From assembly GCA_950097015.1 (NCBI GenBank), contig CATNEN010000025.1, positions 2,356,001 to 2,420,000 on the forward strand: 64,000 nt of DNA, given 5' to 3'. Shown here in pieces: positions 35,301 to 45,470 of this stretch. Position numbers and translations under genes: made by a program. Positions within the stretch are counted from its first letter, which is position 1; every line of letters begins with the position of its first letter. The notes beneath the pieces are model-generated. The model was given only the letters and a program-made list of their open reading frames with translations, was not told the origin of the DNA and did no database searches. This stretch comes from Macrostomum hystrix (taxonomy: Eukaryota > Animalia > Platyhelminthes).

Positions 35301-37725
35301 ATTGGCTAGCGGGGGACGAGAAGATTTGGGTGGTGGGTCATCTGAGTGAACAGTGGAGGGCTAGTGGGGGGCGAGAAGATTTGGGTGGTGGGTCATCTGA
35401 GTGAACAGTGGAGGGCTAGTGGGGGGCGAGAAGATTGGGGTGGTGGGTCATCTGAGTGAACAGTGGAGGGCTAGTGGGGGGCGAGAAGATTGGGGTGGTG
35501 GGTCATCTGAGTGAACAGTGGAGAGCTAGTGGGGAACAAGAAGATTAATGCTTAATCAGGTGTATTGCGAGACAACTTGGATTTGGTCATAATTGATAAG
35601 TCGAAAAGATCTTATTGAAAAATCAACGTCTCCAATCAAGAGAGGTCGCATTGACTGCAGCCCTGTGGTTTGCCCATCGGTTCTGTGCTCAAATCCGACT
35701 CTACCGCCGGGCTCTTGTTGCCCGATCTGTCTCAAATCTTGCGAACTGCAAACTGGAGCAGTCGGTGCGCTTGAGCACGGAAGCAATGCGACAATCTTGG
35801 CAGAGACGGGCTCTGGTGGATTGCGGCTCTGCGTCACTTGTCACTGTCAGGTAATGATTTAATGATTCAATGAGTCAGGAGTCAATGAGTAAGGGGTCAA
35901 TGAGTAAGGAGTCAATGAGTCAGGAGTCAATGAGTCAGGGGACAATGAGTCAGGGGACAATGAGTCAGGAGTCAATGAGTCGAGTCAATGAGTCAGGAGT
36001 CAATGAGTCAGGGGTCAATGAGTCAGGAGTCAATGAGTCAGGAGTCAATGAGTCAGGGGTCAATGAGTCAGGAGTCAATGAGTCAGGAGTCAATGAGTCA
36101 GGAGTCAATGAGTCAGGAGTCAATGAGTCAGGAGTCAATGAGTCAGGAGTCAATGAGTCAGGAGTCAATGAGTCAGGGGACAATGAGTCAGGAGTCAATG
36201 AGTCAGGAGTCAATGAGTCAGGAGTCAATGAGTCAGGAGTCAATGAGTCAGGAGTCAATGAGTCAGGAGTCAATGAGTCAGGGGTCAATGAATCAGGAGT
36301 CAATGAGTCAGGAGTCAATGAGTCAGGAGTCAATGAGTCAGGAGTCAATGAGTCAGGAGTCAATGAGTCAGGAGTCAATGAGTCAGGAGTCAATGAGTCA
36401 GGGGTCAATGAGTCAGGAGTCAATGAGTCAGGAGTCAATGAGTCAGGAGTCAATGAGTCAGGAGTCAATGAGTCAGGAGTCAATGAGTCAGGAGTCAATG
36501 AGTCAGGAGTCAATGAGTCAGGAGTCAATGAGTCAGGAGTCAATGAGTCAGGAGTCAATGAGTCAGGGGTCAATGAGTCAGGAGTCAATGAGTCAGGAGT
36601 CAATGAGTCAGGGGTCAATGAGTCAGGAGTCAATGAGTCAGGCGTCAATGAGTCAGGAGTCAATGAGTCAGGGGTCAATGAGTCAGGGGTCAATGAGTCA
36701 GCAGTTAATGAGTCAAATCCAAAGAACTCTCAAAAATACTGTCTTGCAGAACGGTCACTTGGAGTGCTCAGAGCCAGTGGACTACATGCATATCTGTCCA
36801 CCGATAGAATTTTGTCCATCTGAAAAACAAAGACTCGGCAACACTGACTGCTGTCCCTACTGTGAAGGTTGGTTAGTTTATTTTGCTTGTTTTCTGAGCT
36901 GTGTCGGCTTTTCTTCTTAGGCTCATGTTATGGGGTGAGTGGCCTCTCTCAGCATGGTCCCGGAGCTCGAATCCAGAGGAGAAAGTGTGGGTTTGTGATA
37001 GAACTTTTGCCATTGTTAGCCAACCTCCAACTGACCGAGAGAGTGTTCACTGCCTGACAATGAAACTGTCACGACAGTACACCCTTGTGGGAGTGTGGCT
37101 TCGTGCAGTGTCTGTGTGCGTGTGTGCTCAGGACTTAGCCGAAATGGTAGAATCGTCTCCTCGTTGGCTGTGGGTCGAATGTCACCAAATTGATGTAGCA
37201 ATTCTGCCCGTTTCGCTGACTCCTGGGTACACACGCACACAGATACTGTACGCAGGCACACACTCACACAGGTGTGTACATCTCCCCTGACTATCGTCAG
37301 GCAGTGTACACTCTCACTGTGCCTTGGAGGTTGGCCCTCAAGGGCGTAAATTGCACGACAAGCCCCCAAGCCTTTTCTGCGCGGCTGCGCCCCAATTTAA
37401 TGTGGCCTCGCCGCGGAATCGAGCTGAGGGACCTTGGTGCCAGTAACCCTCCGCCTTCCTGTAAATATTATCCGGGCTTCTGAAAAATCACAAATTAAAA
37501 TCTCATTTTTCAGGCCACAACTATTGCGGCCCGGGACACGGCTGTTCGTCAGCGGCCGACTGCGTCAACTTGCACAATCGGCGCTATTGCGTCTGTCGGA
37601 CTGGTTACCAAGGCGACGGACTGACCTGCGACGATATAGACGAGTGCTCTATGCCCGGAGGTCGGAAACTGTGCGGCATTGACGGCCAGTGCATCAACAC
37701 ACCGGGTGGCTACCAGTGCCGCTGA
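32393..37725 (+). CDS. NELL: NELL-like secreted protein (signal peptide, TSPN/LamG, coiled coil, 2 vWC, 2 EGF), truncated or readthrough at an in-frame TGA
   Basis: Exons: 32393-32477 (MPRVNSLMQFSLSVILTLSISALP), ~33302-33491 (acceptor uncertain), 33576-33858 (DGSWHRLGL..LDADC), 34769-34841 (LVKQCPEL), 34935-35020, 35099-35233, 35641-35850, 36750-36867, 37514-37725 (GHNYC..DIDEC..CINTPGGYQCR*). The domain order matches the N-terminal half of NELL1/2. Confidence 0.8.
33100..33205 (-). mobile_element. Partial tRNA-derived SINE
   Basis: gggtgaactgaagca...ggacacaaaattgttcc...gggaatcgaaccctcgacc parallels the 21235-21320 segment. Confidence 0.55.
33882..34660. repeat. Minisatellite, 29 bp unit (gatgacagatgggtcaaggtagatgctgt), in a NELL intron
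   Basis: About 26 copies starting about 25 nt after the donor at 33859. Confidence 0.95.
35310..35545. repeat. Tandem repeat, 55 bp unit, about 4 copies, in a NELL intron
   Basis: gagaagatt recurs at 35318, 35373, 35428 and about 35483. Confidence 0.9.
35866..36716. repeat. Minisatellite, 15 bp unit (atgagtcaggagtca), filling a NELL intron
   Basis: About 56 copies spanning nearly the whole 35851-36749 intron. Confidence 0.95.
37200..37450 (-). mobile_element. SINE-like dispersed repeat, second family
   Basis: B-box-like GCTCGATTCC on the minus strand near 37420. The body is shared with 21585-21690 and 52965-53035. Confidence 0.55.
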
Positions 37726-38999
37726 GAAAGCTCCCTTCGGTTCTATGATTCCTATAAAAGATGCATCGTTTAACAGGCACTATTCGACCATCCTTGATGC
37801 CAGCTAGGAGGCAAAACGGTCCAATACAGTCCTAAACGATAGATACTACTTAACCAGACGAAAACTACCTGACTTGCTCGTAGAGATTACTGCTCCTATT
37901 GAAGCTCACTGCATGACTCCAGTGGATGGCAGTTGAGATAATATTTACCATGCCACAACGTGCATATTTTGCATCAACAGGAGTCTTTTTCTGAGTAAAA
38001 CGTAGTTAGCGCATATTTACTCCCCAATGGGAATTGTTTATTTAACGAATTTCTTTGAAAAAATCAACACGAAAGTGAAAACTGTTTCAACATCCAAGCA
38101 CACACTTGCTTGTACGCTCAGTTGGTGTAGGAGTGTATGTAGAGATTCCAAAATATATTTTGGAGCGTTAAATTTGATTTTAGGTTTTTTTCGCATCGTT
38201 CACGGTGTTCCAATAAACATGACATAAACATAAAACTTAACGTTTTTCAAGACAAAAGACAATTATTTCATTCATAGAAAACAAATCAGTCAGTATAACT
38301 ATCGCCTTGTCTAGGATGTACGAGACTAGACTAAGCTAGATTATAAGAAGGGCCTCTTAAAAGTAGAAAGACCACGGAGGGGTGCTTCAAATACCTACAT
38401 TTCTCTTTTTCTGTATCTCCAGAAATATATTCAAGCAATGGCCATGAAAATTAAGAAAACTGGCTACAATTTCCCACTATTTCCGGTGAAACAACTTCCA
38501 GAGTCACAAAACAAAACATAAATTCCATTGCTGACACGCGGCTGTCAACCGGTGTCCGAGAGAGCCGGGGAGTACAATAGGTGTGCAGTCCCCACCTGCT
38601 AGTGTGCTTGACACACAACACCTGCACTGGCCCTTGGGTCTAGTGTCATTATTATTATTATTATAATTATTATTAATGTTAGTTGTCCATGTCCGCAGGG
38701 TCTTCGACAAGAACCGCTTTGGCTTTGAAAACGACAAGGACAGTTCGTATAGGGCGGAAAAGTTTGGTTTATATCGCGGACTTTCACGAAAATCAGTCGT
38801 CATTCGGTTTGGGAGCTATCGTGAAGTGGGCAGGTGTTATTTTGAATAATAATCCGTGGTCTTTCCCCAGGGGGAAAATAGTGTAGTAAATATTCTGTTA
38901 ATGGTTATTGCGCTACAATTACGTACTATGCGTCCGAAGTAACACCAAAGGTTTAATCGACAACTTGATCACCGACTCCTTAATTGCAGCCTTCGAATT

Positions 39000-39764
39000 T
39001 CAATTAAAAGGTGACACGCACTCGCTCATCGCCCCGTCGAAGCCCTCATATCTGCGGTCGCCATCCACCATTCTCTCAAAGTCACTCCCGGCCAGGGTGA
39101 CGCACTCGGTGCCGCCATAGTTATTTGGTTCACCGGCGGACCAGGGACCGGTGAAGCTGGTGTTGCAGCCGATCCACGTCCAGCCTACCGAGGCATTCAT
39201 GCCGTTTGACAGACGAAGACCACCCAGCAGCACACGCCTGATCTGCCTGGAGTCAAACAGTCCCTTCAGGTGGGCCATCTCTGTGTTGTCAATCACATCG
39301 GCCATGATGACGAGGCCGGGCTCCGCGTCCATCGCAAATCGGAAGGCATCCCAGTCCGTCGACTTGTTGTGGAACTTGTACTTGGTGCCGCACAGGTCGT
39401 CAGCGTAGCCAGCGGGACACAGAGCTCCGGGCGGCAGTCGGGACTGCTGCTTTACGAACACTCGACCAGTTCGGTTGCAGCTGCAGTCCCTCACGTACTT
39501 GCTGCACCTGTCGAACACGAACAGCTTGCATGGACCGTCGGCAGTGGAGAACGCCTGACATCGCTGCCTCAGGCTGCACTGACTGGCGCACGCCACATTC
39601 GTTAGAGCCTCAGCGTGGGTCTCGGTGAAGGCGCTCATCATGCACAGCGGGCCGTAGATGCTGTTGTAGAAACTAACTGATGTCGCTTGCGACAACGACT
39701 GGGCATTTGCCATCAGAAACAGGTGCCAAAGCAAAGCGACTTTTAAAGTCCTCAGGTTCTGCAT
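39000..39764 (-). CDS. Secreted PAN/apple-like + C-type lectin domain protein, paralogue 1
   Basis: Intronless 254 aa: signal peptide, Cys-rich CASQCSLRQRCQAF..C..C module, then a CTLD-like fold with LGG, W-W and the EPN motif (GEPNN..ECV). Confidence 0.85.
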   Translation of the reverse strand: MQNLRTLKVALLWHLFLMANAQSLSQATSVSFYNSIYGPLCMMSAFTETHAEALTNVACASQCSLRQRCQAFSTADGPCKLFVFDRCSKYVRDCSCNRTGRVFVKQQSRLPPGALCPAGYADDLCGTKYKFHNKSTDWDAFRFAMDAEPGLVIMADVIDNTEMAHLKGLFDSRQIRRVLLGGLRLSNGMNASVGWTWIGCNTSFTGPWSAGEPNNYGGTECVTLAGSDFERMVDGDRRYEGFDGAMSECVSPFN

Positions 39765-40364
39765 GCTTACTCTGAATGTATTTCGTGGTTCAGAGTTCTG
39801 CTCAAATACATCAACCTATGTTCTACTGGCTGCTATATGGCCCTTGTCCTGCGTCCGAAAAAAATTTTACATTGTGTTGCTTTTTTAAAGAACTTAAGTC
39901 CTCAAGCACTCATTATCGTACGCTCGTACTTCAACTCTTCTCTTTCTTGCACAGCCAATAATAGGCATACCGGCTGCGTTAAATCTAGCAAAAACCTGTT
40001 GGAGTTCTCTAAAGCATGTTCTGAGTGGCGTTAAGTTTGCAACTGTTGGCCCGCCTAATTGTTAAGGCAGTTGGTGAGACTAGCAACTTTTTATAGGCAT
40101 GGGCCATGTCATTCTTAAAGCACCAGTATAGGCTGCCATTAATTTTGGAAAAGGACTGAACGATTCTAACTAACAATTGAAGATGCTTCTGTCAGTTTTT
40201 TTGAGCAGTTCAGCCTCGCTTTCTTAATTGGATAGACGACCTTGAAGCGAGAACTGAAACGTTCTGGCTGTCCCTAAGCACGCACGCAGGAACGAACTCA
40301 GGTCAAAGTAATTTCCGTACTTTGAAATTGAAACAAGATCGCAAAATGAAACGCCGACAAAAAC

Positions 40365-40850
40365 AATGTTCTTTGCCCCGCTCTGCCAAGCATCGAGGCC
40401 CAGCGAGTTGTCGATGTTCTAATCAGACAGGTGGTTCTTCGAGATGGCGTTCCGGATTCGATTCACAGCGACCAAGGCCATCAGTTTGAGAGCCAGCTGT
40501 CTCAGTCACTGTGCGAGCAGCTCGGCATGCAGAAAAGCCGGACGTCACCCATCCACCCCAGCGGCAACGGTCTGGTGGAGCGTTGCTACCGAAATCTGCT
40601 GCAGGCCTCACAGATGGAACGCAGCGAGAGAGAGACACTCGGTTCCAACGGTACGAAAAAGTGACCTGGTGATGCTGAACAGCAAGGTGGTGGAGCCTGG
40701 CAAATCAAAGAGCCTTAGAAACCGCTGGATAGGGCCGTACATCGTTCTCAAGAGGCTCGGCGAAGTCAACTATCGAGTACGCCTGGCCCCGGGCCCAGAC
40801 GTGCGGAAGAGGCGCAAACAGGCACCATGACCGCCTCAAACGTGGAGCGG
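40365..40850 (+). mobile_element. Ty3/gypsy LTR retrotransposon integrase fragment, internally deleted
   Basis: GVPDSIHSDQGHQFES..LC..LG..KSRTSPIHPSGNGLVER (rve core), then, after a deletion or frameshift, KSLRNRWIGPYIVLKRLGEVNYRV (GPY/F motif). Confidence 0.9.
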
Positions 40851-41406
40851 CAAAATTCCTTACTGCCTAGCGACAATCCTCAGGCAGCTCAAACCGAGAC
40901 AACCGCTACTAATAGCGGCCTGAAATATCTTTTCGTAACTCAAGTCACGCTGGCATTTCACTGTATTCAAGGGAAAGCTATCATTGCATACGTTTGATAC
41001 TTTCGTATTCAAAGCTGTGTCAGCTTATATCACTCAAAGAATCGACAAATTTCCAATTCTTAAGACTACGAGCGCTCGTAAATGAAATCAATTTTTTTTC
41101 AGTTGGTAGTTACGCTCGTATATAGTCTACTTTTACTATCGCTATTTTATTCAAAGAAAACATATTTGCGACGTGCAGCTAAGCGCTTTAGGCGATTCGT
41201 GTTGTACTACTTATTTGTAACTCAAGTAGCATTCTAAAATAGCCGAAAGTTTCATTGACATGCAGCTAAGTAAGGAAGACTTTGAATTCAGATAATCAAA
41301 CTATGTATTCAGAGCAGAAAAAGTCTGTAAACCTAATATAATCTGCTAGAGTTCCTAAGCAGAAGCACCGTTGGAAGCTGAGAGACATTGTTGTACTGTC
41401 GCAATT

Positions 41407-42138
41407 ATGAAGCCATTCTGCGCATTGCTATTTGCCACATTGCTCGCTCAGGCATCTTCCGATGCACAAACGTTTAACGAAATCAACGGACTCTTGTGCA
41501 TTAAGAGTGAATTCACTGAAACGCATTCAGATGTACTTAGGAATGTGGCGTGCGCCAGTCAGTGCAGCCTGAGGCAGCGCTGTCAGGCATTCTCCACGGC
41601 CGACGGTCCATGCAAGCTGTTCGTGTTCGACAGGTGCAGCAAGTACGTGAGGGACTGCAGCTGCAACCGAACTGGTCGAGTGTTCGTAAAGCAGCAGTCC
41701 CGACTGCCGCCCGGAGCTCTGTGCCCCGCTGGCTACGCTGACGACCTGTGCGGCACAAAGTACAAGTTTTTCAATGGCATCACTAGCTGGGACGAATTCA
41801 AGAAAGCAGTCAGCGCGGAGCCCGGCCTCGTTATCATGGCTGACATAACTGATTCGAACGAGCTGGACCACGCCAGGTACATAATGAACGGTCGGAACGT
41901 GATTTTCCTTGGTGGTCGCCAGCAGCCGCTCAGTCCTGAGCCATCTGGCGGCTGGTTCTGGGCCAGCTGCAACACGAGCATTGACGGCAGCTTGTGGTAC
42001 ACTGGCGAGCCAAACAACGGGGGAAGCACCGAGTGCGTGACCCTTCTGAGCAGGTTCCACACGGCCATTAGCGATGGTGATGTGTCTTGGAATGGAATGT
42101 CTGGCGGCCTTGCCAAGTGTCTGGCACCATTCAGCTGA
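41407..42138 (+). CDS. Secreted PAN/apple-like + C-type lectin domain protein, paralogue 2 (inverted)
   Basis: ATG at 41407 (MKPFCALLFATLLAQASS signal peptide), 243 aa, same core, GEPNNGGSTECV. Confidence 0.85.
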   Translation: MKPFCALLFATLLAQASSDAQTFNEINGLLCIKSEFTETHSDVLRNVACASQCSLRQRCQAFSTADGPCKLFVFDRCSKYVRDCSCNRTGRVFVKQQSRLPPGALCPAGYADDLCGTKYKFFNGITSWDEFKKAVSAEPGLVIMADITDSNELDHARYIMNGRNVIFLGGRQQPLSPEPSGGWFWASCNTSIDGSLWYTGEPNNGGSTECVTLLSRFHTAISDGDVSWNGMSGGLAKCLAPFS

Positions 42139-42922
42139 GTCGATGGATTAAAATCTAATGATGAAAAACTTTCCATGCTTTGAAATGAACTTTTGAATTT
42201 ACTTTTCTATCCTTCGTATTGGTTGCTCCAAGATTTGCTCGTATATAAAAACATTACAACAAAAAGCAGAAACAGTAAACGAACTGCGAGTCTAAAAAGG
42301 TCTACAAAAATCGAAAGAGGGAAAAATACGAGTCTATTTGGCTCTATGCTGATTCGCTCATTGCTGAAAGCCCGGCTCTAAAAGTGAAAATTGTCAAAAT
42401 GTTTCGTCTCGTCAAAATAGTTTCCTTAAGCTTCCATTAAGATCCGGTGCTGAAAGAGCTAACAAAGTTTCGTGCTGTCTATGACATGTCCTAGCAATGT
42501 CTGGGCAAACTTTTTTAAAGGCAAACATTGCTGTTAATCCAGCTTGACAGGAAAGCTACTGATTGATGGCTTGGCGAGTGCTAACAAAGACGCTTTCCCG
42601 CACTTCCGACATTAGAAAACTTGGAATACTGAATTCGTCTGTATAATGACTCCAACTCTCGTATCATGGACCATAAGTTCAAATTCTCAGTTGGCTACAT
42701 TAGTTTAGGGTGCAATTAACCAAACACCAATTTTTGTAGCCGAAGCTGCTCTTAAACTGTCGCATTAACTTTTGAGTATGAACTGTCTTAATTATTTGCC
42801 AATTTAAACTCAAATCACATATTCAACAAAAGCAGAGCTGGCTTTTGCAACACTTGTGAAAATCAATAAAAACGACTTTCAGCACAAAATTCATCTTCAA
42901 CACCTCCAAAGTAGCTGATAGT

Positions 42923-43688
42923 TTAGCCGAATGGCGACACGCACTCGCAGTAGCCGCCAGCTGTGAAGTTATAGATTTCAGTGGGAACATCGATAAATTT
43001 TCCTTTGTTGTCGATACCAGCTCGGTCCTCTTTTCCAGCGATTGCGCTGTTACCATTGTTGGGCTCGCCGCTGCCCCACAGGCTGCCAGAGATGTTCAGA
43101 CGGCAGCTGGCCAACTGCCAGCCTCCCGATGGCTCCTGACTGCCCCGAAGCTGCCAACCGCCAACGTAAATTGAGTAGTAGCCAGACATGCTTGACAACT
43201 TGCTGTCAACCAGCTGTCCCACTCTGACCAGCTCGGTGCTGTCCATCACGTCAGCCATGATGACGAGTCCTGACTCCGCATCGCACATTTCCTTGCACTT
43301 TGTCCAGTTTCCCACACAGCTCATGAACTTGTACTTGGTGCCGCACAGGTCTTCAGCGTAGCCAGCAGGACACAGAGCTCCGGGCGGCAGTCCCGACTGC
43401 TGTCTCACAAACACCTGAGCTGTGCGAGTGCAGCTGCAGTCTCTCACGTTCTTGCTGCACCTGTGGAACACGAACAGCTTACACGGACCATCGGATATGC
43501 TGAATGCCTGACAATGCTGCCTAATGCTGCACAGACTGGCACATCTCATTTGTGAATTGGTGTCGGAGTGGGTCTCAACGAATACTTTCTGCACAGTAGT
43601 CCGCTGATGCTTTGGTAGGTGATGGCAATGGTTTTACGGAAACCAGCATTGCCAGAGCGTTGATCGTCCAAATCCAGCCTATTTTCAT
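42923..43688 (-). pseudogene. PAN/apple-like + C-type lectin paralogue 3, with a frameshift near 43585
   Basis: ATG at 43688 gives MKIGWIWTINALAMLVSVKTIAITYQSISGLLCRK. The homologous VFVETHSD..CASLCSIRQHCQAF..GEPNN..YCECVSPFG continues in the -1 frame, while the ATG frame stops about 12 codons later. Confidence 0.75.
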
Positions 43689-44296
43689 AGCAACAATGTT
43701 TTGTTTCGATACCCTAAGTCAGTGCTTTAAGTCAGTCAATTCTACAGATCAAACCTCTTCATTGAAAAGTGTGCCAGATTACCTTATAAGTTCGATTGGC
43801 ACACATTTTCTTCTGAATCTCTCTCAACACACAGGTACAGTTATCATTTTATCACGAAAAATCAGGCAAGCCGTGCCAGAAGTTTCCTGTCTGCCTGTTC
43901 ATTTTGTTTGTTGTGGAGCTTGCGACTCTATCGTTAAAACCCCCGCATTTTTAAGTCAACCATTTTCTTGGGCTAAAAATTCTGCGAACTATCATTTCAA
44001 TCTAAGCCTTCTAAGCCTCTGTGTGTTCTATTTTAATGCATTTAAACCACTGTGGCAAGCACTCACAAGACACACATAAGATGCTAAGCTTAATTTATTT
44101 CAAGTAGAGTACGCAACAGTATGGGCTAAGATAAATTTAGAGGCCTTATTTAAATAGTTTCGGATATTCAAATCATATAAATATTTTATTTACCAATTCT
44201 CCTCTGACAAAGGAGTAAACAAACTAATATAATTTTTTGTAGATGCGTACTTCAAAATTGACCCTATTTTCGATCGTCTCGTTAGTCCTTAGAAAC

Positions 44297-45031
44297 TCAG
44301 TGAAACGGTGACACGCACTCGCTCATGGCGCCGTCCATGCCTGACCAGATGCGGTCACCATCGATGAGAGCCGTGTACAAGCTGCCGGCCACCGTGACGC
44401 ACTCGGTGCCGTGACTGTTGTTCGGTTCACCGGTGGACCAAGGACCGGTGAAGCTGGTGTTGCAGCCGATCCACACCCAGTTCTCAGCGGGACTCGTGCC
44501 GTTCGACAGTCGAAGACCTCCAAGAAACACTCGATCTCTGCTCCTGGCGTTAAACAGTCCCTTCAGATGGGCCATCTCTGTGTTGTCAATCACATCGGCC
44601 ATGATGACGAGGCCGGGCTCCGCGTCTATCTCAAATCGGAAGGCATCCCAGTCCGTCGACTTGTTGTGGAACTTGTACTTGGTGCCGCACAGGTCGTCAG
44701 CGTAGCCAGCGGGACACAGAGCTCCGGGCGGCAGTCGGGACTGCTGCTTTACGAACACTCGACCAGTTCGGTTGCAGCTGCAGTCCCTCACGTACTTGCT
44801 GCACCTGTCGAACACAAACAGCTTGCATGGACCGTCGGCAGTGGAGAACGCCTGACAGCGCTGCCTCAGGCTGCACTGACTGGCGCACTCTACGCTGGAT
44901 TGAGCAGATGGATAGATCTCAATAAATCGGCTACTTACGCACTGCAAACCGTTGATTTGGGTGTATTGCAAACTAGAGGAAACGACAGTGGCAAATGCCG
45001 CGGTTAGCCAGAGGCTGAAAAACATCCTCAT
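44297..45031 (-). CDS. Secreted PAN/apple-like + C-type lectin domain protein, paralogue 4
   Basis: 244 aa with signal MRMFFSLWLTAAFATVVSS, a core nearly identical to paralogue 1, and GEPNNSHGTECV. Confidence 0.85.
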   Translation of the reverse strand: MRMFFSLWLTAAFATVVSSSLQYTQINGLQCVSSRFIEIYPSAQSSVECASQCSLRQRCQAFSTADGPCKLFVFDRCSKYVRDCSCNRTGRVFVKQQSRLPPGALCPAGYADDLCGTKYKFHNKSTDWDAFRFEIDAEPGLVIMADVIDNTEMAHLKGLFNARSRDRVFLGGLRLSNGTSPAENWVWIGCNTSFTGPWSTGEPNNSHGTECVTVAGSLYTALIDGDRIWSGMDGAMSECVSPFH

Positions 45032-45284
45032 TTTGGCAAATGGTTTGGAATATGCGGCTCTGAAACAGTCAACCGTTTATATTGACATTCTTTCTGCCCA
45101 TTTGCTATTTGTATGCATAGCATTTAACGCTGCATGGGGGCCAATAATTTAGATGACAGTCAGGTGTTGGATGTTTCGCTTCTGTGGCAACTTGCATTCA
45201 TAATCTATTGAAACATCAGTGTGAGGAGTTTAATGCGAGCAAAAGTTTTAATGTGTAGGCAAATATCAGGACTGTTTGACAGGA

Positions 45285-45470
45285 CTGGTAAGCCACCCAC
45301 CCACAAAAAAATCTGTCCTTATTAATGCTAGTACCTATTTTACACCTGGAAGCAATGCCGAATTAAGTTTCTTTTGCTCAAGGACATTGATGCTTTATTT
45401 TGTGCTAAGATTCGAACTCACAACTTCTTGGTCAAGAGTTGATTTTGAACTTTACCCGCGTCGATTGCTG
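45285..45470 (-). mobile_element. Degenerate tRNA-derived SINE
   Basis: ttaagtttcttttgctcaaggaca and gattcgaactc parallel the 21250-21310 segment. Confidence 0.4.

Noticed and set aside
35870-36920. (ESGVN)n, (SQESM)n and (TPDSL)n ORFs resembling antifreeze or adhesive repeat proteins
   Set aside because: A 15-bp array inside a NELL intron bounded by a good donor (35851) and acceptor (36749).
37930-38000. ATGACTCC...GGAGTC hairpin as a SECIS for the NELL TGA
   Set aside because: The ATGA region pairs Watson-Crick rather than forming the non-canonical GA quartet, and no properly spaced apical AA is evident. It needs SECISearch to exclude formally.
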